Assembly (NCBI GenBank): GCA_964384105.1 | Contig: CAYLJV010000002.1 | Span: forward strand, 160,001-224,000 | DNA from: Candidatus Hadarchaeota archaeon | GTDB lineage: Archaea; Hadarchaeota; Hadarchaeia; Hadarchaeales; JAGGTB01 | Direction: 5' to 3' | Length of the DNA stretch: 64,000 nucleotides | Shown: positions 9,931-20,108 of the stretch, one piece after another | Numbering within the stretch: position 1 is the stretch's first letter | How the letters are laid out: each line of letters begins with the position of its first letter | Notes under the pieces: model-generated | Database searches by the model: none | What the model was told of the DNA's origin: nothing | What the model saw: the letters and a program-made list of their open reading frames with translations, nothing else | Made by a program: the position numbers and the translations under genes

Positions 9931-10683
9931 ATGGTTTCCGAAAAAATTGAAAAAACATTGAAAGAATTAGGGCTAACCGAGTATGAAACAAAAGCATATG
10001 TAGGTTTGGTTTCCTCGGGTCCAACTACAGCCGGAGAGCTAAGCAATATTTCTGGAGTTCCCCACTCTCGCATTTACGATGTTCTCTCGAAGCTGGAAAA
10101 AAAAGGTTGGATAGACAGTCAGTCAGGTAGACCATCAAGATACAGGGCGAAACCACCCTCCGAAGTAATGGAACTTGTTAAAATAAAACAGAAAGAGAAA
10201 CTGAAAAAAGCGACAGAAACAATCGAAAAGGAATTGGATCCTCTATATGAAGAAAGCGGAGAGGTTGAGAAGCCTGAAGTCTGGACTATCCGAGGCAGAA
10301 AGGAAATAATTGAAAGAACAAGAATGATGTTTACAAAAGCAGAAGTCGAGGTCCTAATATCAATTCCCAACCTAACTGATGAACTATCCAATCTGAAGGA
10401 ACTTATACCATTAGTAGAAACCAAAAAACTGGACTTTAAACTTCTGACCTCAGAAAAAAACGAACTTTTAAAAAAATTAAACGAGGTCGAAAACGTAGAG
10501 CTGAGATTCAGAAGCCCTCTATTCGGTGGTGGTGTAATTGTAGACGGTAGAGAAGTGCTACTCGTCTTAGGTGGAAACGGAAGAAGCCTTGGGATATGGT
10601 CAGACGAAAGCGGACTGGTAAAATACGCACAAGAGTATTTTAAATACCTATGGAAAGATTCTGAAGAGATTAAAGGAAAATAA
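9931..10683 (+). CDS. TrmB-family transcriptional regulator
   Basis: LGLTEYETKAY...SGVPHSRIYDVLSKLEKKGW...RPSRY. Confidence 0.92.
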   Translation: MVSEKIEKTLKELGLTEYETKAYVGLVSSGPTTAGELSNISGVPHSRIYDVLSKLEKKGWIDSQSGRPSRYRAKPPSEVMELVKIKQKEKLKKATETIEKELDPLYEESGEVEKPEVWTIRGRKEIIERTRMMFTKAEVEVLISIPNLTDELSNLKELIPLVETKKLDFKLLTSEKNELLKKLNEVENVELRFRSPLFGGGVIVDGREVLLVLGGNGRSLGIWSDESGLVKYAQEYFKYLWKDSEEIKGK

Positions 10684-10729
10684 AGGAAGATTAAGGAAAT
10701 TAAAGACCTCAATAATAACAAAATCAAAC

Positions 10730-11962
10730 TCAAACAGGTTTTTCTAAAATTATACGGTTTCCTTTACTCGCCACATATTTCAGTATCCTCTCGGGGTTTT
10801 CCAAAGACGCGGGGCCAATTACTCCCTTTCCTTTTATCTTCCCCTCAACTAACATTTGTACTACATAAGCAGGAACAGAGGCAGTCACCCAGCTCAAATC
10901 GTTGACCCAGGGGAGAAAATCCTTTATTTCATCTAAAATAGTAACAGTACTCACTCTTCCTTCTATTCTTCTATCATCGCGGGTTCCTGTAACTTTTATC
11001 TTCATTGCAAAATTGGAATCCTTGATAACACCTTCCTCATATTTTTCACGATAGTCTACAGTAGGAACGAAAGATTCACCCCACTTGTCAAAAACGTTCA
11101 TTTTCTCGGAAATCATCGGTTCTTCACAGGTCTGCTTCCTTATTGCTTCGATCCAGACTTCTTTCGAATCCAAATCGCCTATTGATAGACCGGCTTTAAG
11201 GCTTACATGGTTTATATTTTCTCCATCCGGTAAGAACTCTGGAATTGTTCTGAGCTCTGGTAAAGGAGTTGTGACATAAACCTTTCTTTGACCTGTTGGT
11301 TCTGGAAAATCCCAGAGCTCTTCAGACTTCAAAAGATCTAATTTCTTAAAATCACCATCTTCCCAGATTACAGGACCTGGAGGTCCCAACCACATTCCCA
11401 TCAAAAAATTTGGGGCCGACGGAGCTATCAACTCATCCGAATCAATATAAAAATAGAATCCTATCTCCACTTTTTCAATAGCATCAAAGCCTATTTCTTC
11501 ACTCAGATACCTCGTCGCAACGTCAGTAATTCCGGGAGCAGCACCCAAATTAGGAATCCAAGTTAAGTCCTCATCTAAAACTTTATCATTTAAATCAAGC
11601 AAAGCATCCAAAGTCTGTTCATAGGGGGCAAATTCGGGGGAAGGTAAAGACACCAAATCGATATAAGAGGCCCCTATTTCCAGACATGCTTCTGCTATGG
11701 GGATATTGCAATTCGGAAAAGTTGCATTGACAATAATATCAACATCTCTTCCCGCTCGGCTAACCTCTTCAGAACTTCTAGCATCAATTGGGTATTTGGC
11801 CTCTATTTTCGTTTTCGAATCAAGTTTTTCGAGACGTGTATAGAGTTTTTTTGCTCTTTTAGGGTCAATATCCATAACCAATATTTCTTCGACTTCTTCT
11901 AGAGCTAGCAATCCCGAGATCGCAGACCCCTGACCCCCACAGCCTAAAATACCTACGTTCAT
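10730..11962 (-). CDS. saccharopine dehydrogenase-like NAD(P)-dependent oxidoreductase
   Basis: MNVGILGCGGQG Rossmann start, IVNAT, YIDL, LGAAPGIT, TASVPAY...GVIGP; start moved to ATG 11962. Confidence 0.85.
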   Translation of the reverse strand: MNVGILGCGGQGSAISGLLALEEVEEILVMDIDPKRAKKLYTRLEKLDSKTKIEAKYPIDARSSEEVSRAGRDVDIIVNATFPNCNIPIAEACLEIGASYIDLVSLPSPEFAPYEQTLDALLDLNDKVLDEDLTWIPNLGAAPGITDVATRYLSEEIGFDAIEKVEIGFYFYIDSDELIAPSAPNFLMGMWLGPPGPVIWEDGDFKKLDLLKSEELWDFPEPTGQRKVYVTTPLPELRTIPEFLPDGENINHVSLKAGLSIGDLDSKEVWIEAIRKQTCEEPMISEKMNVFDKWGESFVPTVDYREKYEEGVIKDSNFAMKIKVTGTRDDRRIEGRVSTVTILDEIKDFLPWVNDLSWVTASVPAYVVQMLVEGKIKGKGVIGPASLENPERILKYVASKGNRIILEKPV

Positions 11963-12129
11963 ACGATCTACCTTTAATTTAACTCGATTTAAACATTTAG
12001 GCATTTTTATGGTTAGAAAAATGATACTCTTAGAAAATTTTATTTGTACCAAAAGAAAGTTTTCTCGAAGTCCAGTGGGATATGATGATTTATCAATTAT
12101 CTTCATAAAATGCCTAAAGGGTATAGTAA

Positions 12130-12633
12130 GTGGTTGAAATATTAGACCTTATCATTCAAAGTATCTGGTTTATTCTCCCCGCATACATCGCCAACGGAAC
12201 ACCCGTTGTATTAGGTGGTGGACCGCCGATAGATGGAGGTAAGAAACTCCCTGATGGAAAAAGAATCTTGGGAGATGGAAAAACTATCCGAGGTCTCGTT
12301 CTAGGAGTTCTAAGCGGTGTTATTTTCGGTGCTATTCAAATCGGGATTGGAAAAAGACCCGATGAATTGATTGTAGTCTTTTTGCTCTCTCTCGGTGCTT
12401 TATTGGGGGACATTGTCGGCAGTTTCTTCAAGCGTAGATTGGGGCTTAAACGAGGAATGGCGGCACCTGGATTGGACCAACTAGAGTTTCTGGCCGGCGC
12501 TCTTTTACTAACATCAATAGTTAAAGTTCCCACATGGGAAATGATAATAGCCCTGATAATACTGACCCCCCTCATCCATCTAGGGACTAACTGGATTGGG
12601 TATAAAATGGGGTATAAATCCGAGCCGTATTAA
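12130..12633 (+). CDS. carS: CDP-archaeol synthase
   Basis: PAYIANGTPV..GGGPPIDGG, LGDGKT, GDIVGSFFKRRLG, LDQL. Confidence 0.95.
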   Translation: MVEILDLIIQSIWFILPAYIANGTPVVLGGGPPIDGGKKLPDGKRILGDGKTIRGLVLGVLSGVIFGAIQIGIGKRPDELIVVFLLSLGALLGDIVGSFFKRRLGLKRGMAAPGLDQLEFLAGALLLTSIVKVPTWEMIIALIILTPLIHLGTNWIGYKMGYKSEPY

Positions 12634-13103
12634 CCGGATTTTTTTACTTTTGTTTCCACCGGAGCCTCTTCCCAGGGGAAAACCACCCATCCATCTGTCT
12701 CATAAACGTAATAATCCGGTTTTATCTTCGATGAAGGTTTATAGACCACGGTACAAATCCTCATCTCGCCATCCAATTTGTCACCCAAGTGATCAGTTAC
12801 AACCTTCAAAGTATCACCAGTATCCGCCACATCATCCACTACCAAAATTTTTCCTTTTAAATCCCCGATATCGGACCAGAATATCTCCGGTTCATCTCTG
12901 GTTTCGTTGACATTCTTGTAATATTTCACATGGATTATCCTCATAAGACAATCATTAAGCAAATGAGACAATCGGACAGCAGGTATAAGGCCTCCTCGAG
13001 CTACTCCTATTATTAAATCTGGGTCATAATCCTCTTTTATGGTAATTGCCATTGCTTCGAGAGCCTTTTCAACGTCTTGCCAAGTCATGCATTCAGGATC
13101 CAC
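12630..13103 (-). CDS. type I phosphoribosyltransferase (purine salvage-like)
   Basis: GVARGGLIP, ILVVDDVADTGDTL, WVVFPWE. Confidence 0.92.
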   Translation of the reverse strand: MDPECMTWQDVEKALEAMAITIKEDYDPDLIIGVARGGLIPAVRLSHLLNDCLMRIIHVKYYKNVNETRDEPEIFWSDIGDLKGKILVVDDVADTGDTLKVVTDHLGDKLDGEMRICTVVYKPSSKIKPDYYVYETDGWVVFPWEEAPVETKVKKSG

Positions 13104-13194
13104 TCAAACGCCACCAAGTGATTAAAGATAAATAGTAGGTTTCTAAAAATTTTTCTAAAGAAATCACCGTATTTTCAGAAAATATTTTTTCTGA

Positions 13195-13644
13195 GTGAAC
13201 AATATGTTGGAACCTGAAGTATTCGAAGAGTTAGAAAAAACCCTAGAAGAGGTAAAAGAGCTATCCAAAAATGGAACTTCCATAATAGTGGAAGGAAAAA
13301 AAGACGAAAAAACATTGAGAAAACTTGGAATAAGTGGCGAAATCTTCAGAATTCCTAATAACGGTAAAACTACCTTAAACTCGCTGGAAGGTCTGCCCAA
13401 ACACGAAGAGTTTCTTATCCTCACAGACTTTGACAGGACAGGCGAAGAATTAGCAAAATATTGTAGAAAACATTTAGAAAAACTTGGAGCAACCGTCCTT
13501 ATAGACATGAGAAGGAAACTAAGGAATTTCATAAGGAAAGCCGTTAAAGACATTGAAGGTCTAGCTAAATTCCTGCAGAGTGAAAGGGCATCTCAAACCA
13601 ACTGTAATCCAAAATTCGATCAATTAGAGAAAAATTTCAAATAA
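13195..13644 (+). CDS. stand-alone TOPRIM domain protein (UPF0292)
   Basis: IIVEGKKD...ILTDFDRTG...KDIEGL. Confidence 0.9.
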   Translation: MNNMLEPEVFEELEKTLEEVKELSKNGTSIIVEGKKDEKTLRKLGISGEIFRIPNNGKTTLNSLEGLPKHEEFLILTDFDRTGEELAKYCRKHLEKLGATVLIDMRRKLRNFIRKAVKDIEGLAKFLQSERASQTNCNPKFDQLEKNFK

Positions 13645-13656
13645 ATCGAGATTTTC

Positions 13657-14298
13657 CTAGAATAAGAATCTAAGAATTACAATAACAATGCCTGAAACTA
13701 GTGGAACAATAAAATTGTCTTCTAGCACCCAATTTTTAACCCCCTCCAGCTCAATCCCTTCTATGAACATAGCTATTAAAGAAGCCGAAAACGCAAACAA
13801 AGGTTCAACAAAAAGTGACGCCACTAAACCTCCTAAAATACCACCTGCGATATTACCTTCAATATTCTTTGTCCTGCTACACGGGTGTTTCACTTTTCCG
13901 AATCTCTGACCTATGATAAAGGAAAAGGAATCTCCAATTGCTAATATAGAAATAGAAGCTGCTAAAACTTCGGAGTTAGTAAAAAGAGCTAGAATAAAAG
14001 CACTTAAAGTATAGAAGAAGGCACCCTTTCCGGGAAACCTTTTTCTGTCTTTTGAACGTTCAAAATTCTCCAAAAGCCAATCCAAGCCCTCGATCTCGCG
14101 TCTAGTTGACAAGAAAATAAGAACCAACCCTCCTGACAAAAGTAGAAATAAAAATCTGGATAAAGGAGGAATAAAGAAAATTAGATTAAAGGGAAACAGC
14201 AAACCTAAACCTTCTATTGCTCCCAGATATACCAAGGATACGAAAAACAAACCCACCGCAGTGTGAAAACCTTTTCTTTTTAATTCAAACTTCTCCAA
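13657..14298 (-). CDS. dolichol/phytol kinase-like CTP-dependent polyprenol kinase
   Basis: ELKRKGFH, IGDSFSFIIG..FG, KNIEG, EDNFIVP. Confidence 0.85.
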   Translation of the reverse strand: MEKFELKRKGFHTAVGLFFVSLVYLGAIEGLGLLFPFNLIFFIPPLSRFLFLLLSGGLVLIFLSTRREIEGLDWLLENFERSKDRKRFPGKGAFFYTLSAFILALFTNSEVLAASISILAIGDSFSFIIGQRFGKVKHPCSRTKNIEGNIAGGILGGLVASLFVEPLFAFSASLIAMFIEGIELEGVKNWVLEDNFIVPLVSGIVIVILRFLF

Positions 14299-14469
14299 TC
14301 TAAAAACCTAACAGTATTATTGATAAGACAACATTGATAGTTCCTATCTTTCTATAAAAGATATTAATCAATTCTTGAAATCAGTGAAAAAATCCAGAAC
14401 AGTATGACTTATGGAAATAAGTAAAGAAAAAACATGAGAATTTTCTTAAAAGATATAAACTGATTTCAC

Positions 14470-14928
14470 TTGGGATATAAATTGAAGGAACTTCTAATAG
14501 CATTACTTCTCTCAGCAGTTCCAAGTTACGAGGCTAGATACGCAATTCCGACTTCATTAGCTCTAACAAACGTAAATCCTGTGCTTCTATTTTCCATATG
14601 TGTGGGAATAAACCTCCTTGTAATTCCTATAGTTTTTCTGGGCTTGGATTTCTTAGCTCCCCCTCTCAGAAAAAGATTCGAATGGGTAGATTCCATATTT
14701 AAATGGTTTCTAAAAAGAGGAAAAAAAAGGAGTTGGGAGTTCTCTGCTCTAGTTCTCTTCGTATCTACTCCAATCCCTGGAACAGGGGCCTACACTGGAG
14801 CACTAATGTCTTATCTATTTGGGCTAAACAGAAAAACTTCAGCGATAGCCATCGGAATAGGGGTATTAATAAGTTCAACTATAACCACACTACTTTCCCT
14901 GGGAATACTCTCTTTAGCCGGACTCTAA
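14470..14928 (+). CDS. COG2426 small multidrug-export-like membrane protein
   Basis: SAVPSYEARYAIP, LFVSTPIPGTGAYTG. Confidence 0.88.
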   Translation: MGYKLKELLIALLLSAVPSYEARYAIPTSLALTNVNPVLLFSICVGINLLVIPIVFLGLDFLAPPLRKRFEWVDSIFKWFLKRGKKRSWEFSALVLFVSTPIPGTGAYTGALMSYLFGLNRKTSAIAIGIGVLISSTITTLLSLGILSLAGL

Positions 14929-15099
14929 AATTCCGAATAATAACCATAGAACTTTTATCTATTCTCGTGAAGAATTTATTTGCATCATAACATTCAAGTA
15001 TGAATCACATCTCACGCTCATCTGGATTCTACCGGGTAGCATGAGGCAAGCCTAGGAATAGGTTCACTATCCAAAAAATGAAAGGAGGTAATTATTCGA

Positions 15100-16233
15100 A
15101 TGGGAGAAAATAATAGCAAGGCAAAGTATCTTATCAAAGCAACGATCGAAACAGATGGAGTAGTTGAAAGGCCAGATGTAGTCGGCGCTGTTTTTGGCCA
15201 AACTGAAGGAATATTAGATGACGAGTTAGATCTACGAGAATTACAGAAAAACGGGAAGATAGGTAGAATAAACGTCAACGTTAAATCAGAAAAAGGAAAA
15301 TCAAGAGGCACAATATCCATTCCTTCCAGTCTAGACAAAAAGAGAACAGCAATGATAGCTGCAGCTTTAGAAACGATAGATAGAGTAGGTCCTTGTGAGG
15401 CGATGATCACAATAGATCAAGTACAGGATATAAGAGAAGCAAAAAGAAGTTTCATCAAAAAGAGAGCCGAAGAGATAGTAAAGAGCATAAAAGAAGTAAA
15501 AGAAATCAAAAGGCCTGCAGAAAGAAAAAAGAGAGCAAGACAGGGGAGAAAAGTAGAGAAGTATAAGGGACAGCCAGCAGGACCGACAGCGGCAGAATCA
15601 GACGCTATTATCATAGTCGAAGGTCGATCAGATGTAATAAACTTACTTAAACACGGGATAAAAAATACTTTCGCAATAGAGGGCACCAACGTCCCTCCTG
15701 TAGTTTCGGAAATAACCAAGAACAAAACAACAACCGCTTTCTTGGATGGGGACAGAGGCGGTGATCTAATACTTAAAGAGCTTCTTCAAGTCGCAGAGCT
15801 AGATTATATCGCTAGAGCCCCGAAAGGTAAGACGGTCGAAGACCTCTCAAGAGAAGAAGTCAGGAAAGCCTTGAAAGAAAAGGTCCCTGTAGAGGAAGTA
15901 AGCACTTCCATAAGAGAAAAAGAGGACAAGATTCCGAAAGAAAAAGATCTCAAGAAACTATCAGAAGCACTAAGTGAACTTCAAGGAAGCCTAAAAGCTC
16001 GGCTCTTCGATAAAGATTTGAAAAAGGTAGATGAAACGGAAGTAAGAGGTTTATCCGATAAGCTGAAGGAGTACGATGGATTAAAGGCAGTCGTTTTTGA
16101 CGGAGTTATAACTCAAAATCTCGCAGATTTAGCAGTTGAAAAGAAACTAGAATACCTTGTCGGAATGACAGAAAGAACCAAAAACAAGCCAAAAGGAATA
16201 GAGATACTAACTAAAGAAGATTTTAGCGAGTAA
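15100..16233 (+). CDS. dnaG: archaeal DnaG (primase-like, exosome-associated)
   Basis: GVVERPDVVGAVFGQTEG, LETIDRVGPC, IVEGRSDV, FLDGDRGG. Confidence 0.96.
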   Translation: MGENNSKAKYLIKATIETDGVVERPDVVGAVFGQTEGILDDELDLRELQKNGKIGRINVNVKSEKGKSRGTISIPSSLDKKRTAMIAAALETIDRVGPCEAMITIDQVQDIREAKRSFIKKRAEEIVKSIKEVKEIKRPAERKKRARQGRKVEKYKGQPAGPTAAESDAIIIVEGRSDVINLLKHGIKNTFAIEGTNVPPVVSEITKNKTTTAFLDGDRGGDLILKELLQVAELDYIARAPKGKTVEDLSREEVRKALKEKVPVEEVSTSIREKEDKIPKEKDLKKLSEALSELQGSLKARLFDKDLKKVDETEVRGLSDKLKEYDGLKAVVFDGVITQNLADLAVEKKLEYLVGMTERTKNKPKGIEILTKEDFSE

Positions 16234-16686
16234 TTAAAGCTCGTAAACCATCGAAACGGCAGATTCGCCATCAGAATAATAGCTCGGAATGATTTCCTTA
16301 GCCTCAAATCCTAGTTTACTATAGAAATTCTGAGCTTCCTCGTTGCTGACTCTAGCCTCAAGTTCTACTTGACCTGCGCCGTTTTCCCTAAGACGTTTAA
16401 AGGCATTCAACATTAAGGCGGAGCCTATTCCATTTCGTCTAAATGACTCATCCACCGCAATAGCTAGAATATGACCTATATTACCCCACCTGACCACTCC
16501 GATCAGGTATCCTACTACCTTTTTGTCTACTTCAGCCACCAAAAACCCATCGGGATTGGTCTCATAAATATGCCTCAATAACTTCAGTGGATACGGGTCC
16601 TTGAAAGATATCTGAGCAATTTTATAAACGGAAAATAAATCTTCGGGTTTTACTTCCCTAACATGTATAAACTTTTGAGCTACCAT
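16234..16686 (-). CDS. rimI: N-terminal acetyltransferase (RimI/Ard1)
   Basis: GHILAIAVDESFRRNGIG, LEARVSN..AQNFY..LGF, YYSDGESA; start moved to ATG 16686. Confidence 0.9.
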   Translation of the reverse strand: MVAQKFIHVREVKPEDLFSVYKIAQISFKDPYPLKLLRHIYETNPDGFLVAEVDKKVVGYLIGVVRWGNIGHILAIAVDESFRRNGIGSALMLNAFKRLRENGAGQVELEARVSNEEAQNFYSKLGFEAKEIIPSYYSDGESAVSMVYEL

Positions 16687-16831
16687 CGACCTCAACTCTA
16701 CATTTTGGATAAATAAAGAATAAAAATTACGGTCAAAAATATCATTCAAAACAACAAGACGATTTAAAAACGGTTTTTCTAAAAGTGAATACCTATAGAA
16801 CATACCCTATTAAGAAAAAACGGACAACAAA

Positions 16832-17884
16832 ATGAGAATAATTCATAAAGATCTGAAAGAAGGCAAAATCAAGCTCCTGACAGAGAATCTTAACGACCTT
16901 TGGCATCTGCAACACATAATAGAACCAGGAGACATAGTAACCTCCATAACTTGGCGTCGCCTCAAAACAGAAACAGATAAGGTTAGAGCAGACAGACAGG
17001 AAAAAGAAAGAATAAAGCTCTCTATCGAAGTAATAAAGACAGAATTTCAAAAGTTTTCCAATCAACTAAGAGTTTTAGGAGAAATAATTGAAGGCACGGA
17101 CCTTGGAGAGCATCATACAATCAAAATAGATAATAACACAAAATTTACCCTTAGAAAAAAATGGAAAACAGATCAACTAGAAAGACTTAAAGAAGCAAGA
17201 AAAGCGAGTAGAAGACCCGTAGTTCTTTTGATAGCACTAGACGATGAAAATGCTACATTTGGACTAGTAAGACAATACGGTCTGGAAGAAATCGGAGAGA
17301 TCGGTTCGAATATATCCGGAAAAATGTACAAATCCGACAAAGAATCTAGTGAAAGAGAATATTACCTAAAAATTTGCAAATTTATAAAAAACCTAGTTGA
17401 AGAAAAAGAAATTCCTTCTATTATAGTAGCCGGACCAGGATTCGCAAAAAAAGAGGTATACTCCACCATTAAAGAAAAGTACCCGGATCTAACCCAAAAA
17501 ATTCACTTGGGAAATACTAGTAATACCGGGAGTTCGGGTTTGAACGAGATAATCCGAAGAGGTATAGTAAAGAGAGTGTCAGAAGAAGATCGAACATCTC
17601 TAGAAACCGAATTGATAAGTGAGATGATGGAAGAAATATCAAAGAACGGAAAAGCAACTTACGGACTAGAAGAGGTAAAAAACGCGGTAAGTGCCGGTGC
17701 TGTAGAAAAGCTATTAGTATCGGATAAAACTCTTAGAAATGAAAGAGGTACTATAGAACCAATAATGGAGAAAGCGAGGAACACAGGGAGCGAAATTTTT
17801 GTAATAAGTTCCGAACACGAGTCGGGAAACCAGTTAGCAAGAATCGGTGGAGTGGGTGCTATATTACGATACAGAATATCCTAG
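16832..17884 (+). CDS. pelA: ribosome rescue factor pelota
   Basis: ENLNDLWHL, LGEHHT, VAGPGF, GGVGAILRY. Confidence 0.96.
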   Translation: MRIIHKDLKEGKIKLLTENLNDLWHLQHIIEPGDIVTSITWRRLKTETDKVRADRQEKERIKLSIEVIKTEFQKFSNQLRVLGEIIEGTDLGEHHTIKIDNNTKFTLRKKWKTDQLERLKEARKASRRPVVLLIALDDENATFGLVRQYGLEEIGEIGSNISGKMYKSDKESSEREYYLKICKFIKNLVEEKEIPSIIVAGPGFAKKEVYSTIKEKYPDLTQKIHLGNTSNTGSSGLNEIIRRGIVKRVSEEDRTSLETELISEMMEEISKNGKATYGLEEVKNAVSAGAVEKLLVSDKTLRNERGTIEPIMEKARNTGSEIFVISSEHESGNQLARIGGVGAILRYRIS

Positions 17885-17901
17885 GAATCTTTTAAGACTT
17901 C

Positions 17902-18720
17902 TCAAATAATGAAAGATACTCCAAATGACACAGCTAATCCAACTAAAGCTCCACCACCTAATATAGGGATTGCCGGCCAGAAACCGCCCTTTCTCTCCGA
18001 AACTAAGAGCAGAATAATCAAAGCGATAAAAGAAAATATGGAACTACCCACAGCAAAAAGAAGGCCGAAACTTCTGAAAACCGAGACAGAAAAAATCAAG
18101 GGTATGATCACATCTCCACCACCCACGAAACTTAAATCTCTATCCTGACCCTCTTTTTCGATCTCCTCCTTCATTTCCTCTACCGTATCTTTAGAGGAGC
18201 TATAAGCAAAGCCAAGGAGGATATTAGACTCAAAAGATCCCTTGGCCAAAGCAACCATGTGTTTAGAAACTTTAACTGAAAAGAAATCATAGACTGAAAG
18301 ACCTATTATCAGAACCAACGCAGGGAAAAACCCTAGGATAGTACCTATATACGCCCCAATACCCGAAAAAGCAAAAATCAAAATGATATTTTGCCAAAGA
18401 AGTGATGAGAAGCGATATCTCAAAAAAGATAAAAGAATAGCTATCGGAACTGAGATAACTAGGGGTAGAAAAGTTCCAAAGAAAAGAAGTAACCCGAAAA
18501 AGAAAGCAAAAGTCAACCAGATTTTTAGAAACAATTGCAATTCGTACTTTAGGAGTAGAAGAGCCGCTACTCCAACAATTGCAACGACGGAAACCAGCCA
18601 AAGTCCACCGATTCCAGATGAAACTTGAACTTCAGTTTCGGGGACTAAGCTCAAAGCTGCAAACAAACCAAGTATGTTAGTAACAGCAAACAGAGCCCCC
18701 AAACTTAGGATCCTTTTCAT
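17902..18720 (-). CDS. presenilin-like GxGD intramembrane aspartyl protease
   Basis: YD (SVYDFFSV..SKHMVALA), GGGD, PAIP motifs in a multi-TM protein. Confidence 0.9.
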   Translation of the reverse strand: MKRILSLGALFAVTNILGLFAALSLVPETEVQVSSGIGGLWLVSVVAIVGVAALLLLKYELQLFLKIWLTFAFFFGLLLFFGTFLPLVISVPIAILLSFLRYRFSSLLWQNIILIFAFSGIGAYIGTILGFFPALVLIIGLSVYDFFSVKVSKHMVALAKGSFESNILLGFAYSSSKDTVEEMKEEIEKEGQDRDLSFVGGGDVIIPLIFSVSVFRSFGLLFAVGSSIFSFIALIILLLVSERKGGFWPAIPILGGGALVGLAVSFGVSFII

Positions 18721-18863
18721 CTTTAACAATTCCAGAATATAATCTTCACACAGTACTTCTTGTTAATTAATCTTTAACCTTTAGTTCTCTACAAGATTTC
18801 TGAATAAACTAGGAAAGCGTTTTTCTCTTAAAAATATTCTTCCCCCAAAAATCGAGCGAGCAA

Positions 18864-19241
18864 ATGAAGGAAAAAGGACAACTAATGGGAGTACCAATAA
18901 AACTGGTAATCGCCCTCGTCATTGGAGTAATGTCCATGGGGATAATGACACAATTTGTTAACACAGCTGATAGAACAATGCTTCGGGATATGAAAGTCAC
19001 TTTCGAAACAAGAGGTACACAACTCACAGTGAAAACCTTCGATGCTCAAACCCAGGAAGCTTTAACGGGAGCTACAATAGCAGTGAACTACTCTGGCAAA
19101 AAATTAGCTCATACTTTAGATCCTGACTCAAATAGCTACACCTTTTCACTACCTGAAAAAGAGAAGGTGATAATTGCAGACGTGAGAGTAACCCACAACG
19201 GATATATTCCATGGAAAGGCGAAGCCGCTCTACAAAATTAG
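18864..19241 (+). CDS. pilin-like protein with class III signal peptide
   Basis: KEKG|QLMGVPIKLVIALVIGVM then small beta-rich domain. Confidence 0.7.
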   Translation: MKEKGQLMGVPIKLVIALVIGVMSMGIMTQFVNTADRTMLRDMKVTFETRGTQLTVKTFDAQTQEALTGATIAVNYSGKKLAHTLDPDSNSYTFSLPEKEKVIIADVRVTHNGYIPWKGEAALQN

Positions 19242-19246
19242 GAAAG

Positions 19247-19681
19247 GTGTTCCTTATTAGAAAAAAGGGTATAGTTGATACTCCAATAGTACTCATCTTA
19301 TGTGTTTCTCTCGGGTTACTTGCCATCGGCCTCGGAGAAAAAACTCTGATCAGACTCGGCGAAATCAAAGATACGCAAACTTCAATAAAAGAATTTGATG
19401 ATTTCATCGAGTTCGCAACGGAAACATGCTATAGTGAACTGGAGATAGAAAGAAAAATAGCACTAAATCTTAATGGTTACAAAATATCGATAGACGGGAA
19501 AATAGCTCAGCTTAGAAAAGAAAAAGAAACCATAAGGTCAGAAAAATTACCTATTCCTTTAGTGTTTGCAGAAAACGAAAAATCAACAATTGAAAAAGGA
19601 AATTTTCTTCTTAAGTTGACAAAGTCAAGTAAAGGAAATCATTCGGACAGCAAGTTAATTCTGAAGTTATCGAGGGGATAA
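19247..19681 (+). CDS. pilin-like protein with class III signal peptide
   Basis: RKKG|IVDTPIVLILCVSLGLLAIG; likely GTG start at 19247. Confidence 0.65.
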   Translation: MFLIRKKGIVDTPIVLILCVSLGLLAIGLGEKTLIRLGEIKDTQTSIKEFDDFIEFATETCYSELEIERKIALNLNGYKISIDGKIAQLRKEKETIRSEKLPIPLVFAENEKSTIEKGNFLLKLTKSSKGNHSDSKLILKLSRG

Positions 19682-19682
19682 A

Positions 19683-20108
19683 ATTAGACAGAGTGGCTCC
19701 ATCAACAGCTTATTGAGCAGCAAGTTAGCACTAGCATTCGGAGTTTTTCTTTTAATATCTGCGACTCTTTCAATGTATCCCCGTACACAAAAAGAGGTAA
19801 AGAGAAACAAATTGAAATCTATTGCCCAAACAGTGATAAATAACCTAGAAAAAGCAGACCACCTGCCTGGAGAGGTAAAGATAAAAAAGAGAATTCCCGA
19901 CTTAGACGAGACTTTCGAAATTTTTATCTTAAGTTCCAGAAAAGACAATAAAACAATCGTTAAAGTCGAGGTCTCTTCGGAAGAAAAAATAAGTAGAAAT
20001 GTTATTCTCAATAAGAAATTGAGCAAATCGAGCTCCTATCTATCCGAAATTAATCCAACAAGTGTCTTCATTGAAAAATCTGAGCGAATCAATATAGAGG
20101 TTACATAA
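19683..20108 (+). CDS. pilin-like membrane-anchored protein
   Basis: ORF track start 19713; in-frame extension IRQSG|SINSLLSSKLALAFGVFLL from ATT 19683 after GAGGGG. Confidence 0.6.
   Translation: MRQSGSINSLLSSKLALAFGVFLLISATLSMYPRTQKEVKRNKLKSIAQTVINNLEKADHLPGEVKIKKRIPDLDETFEIFILSSRKDNKTIVKVEVSSEEKISRNVILNKKLSKSSSYLSEINPTSVFIEKSERINIEVT

Noticed and set aside
10119-10733. 204-aa antisense ORF and the many similar S/F/L-rich shadow ORFs in the track
   Set aside because: They lie opposite or in alternate frames of well-supported genes, with composition typical of reverse-complemented K/E-rich coding sequence.
10730-12106. Long N-terminal extensions in the track for the dehydrogenase (also rimI, ald, znuB, fen)
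   Set aside because: Family motifs begin at internal start codons; extensions run through AT-rich promoter DNA or neighbouring genes.
15017-15045. Possible structured RNA in the dnaG leader (CTCAT...CTAC-CGG-GTAG-C-ATGAG)
   Set aside because: Only 4-5 bp stems with a large internal loop; no covariation evidence available.
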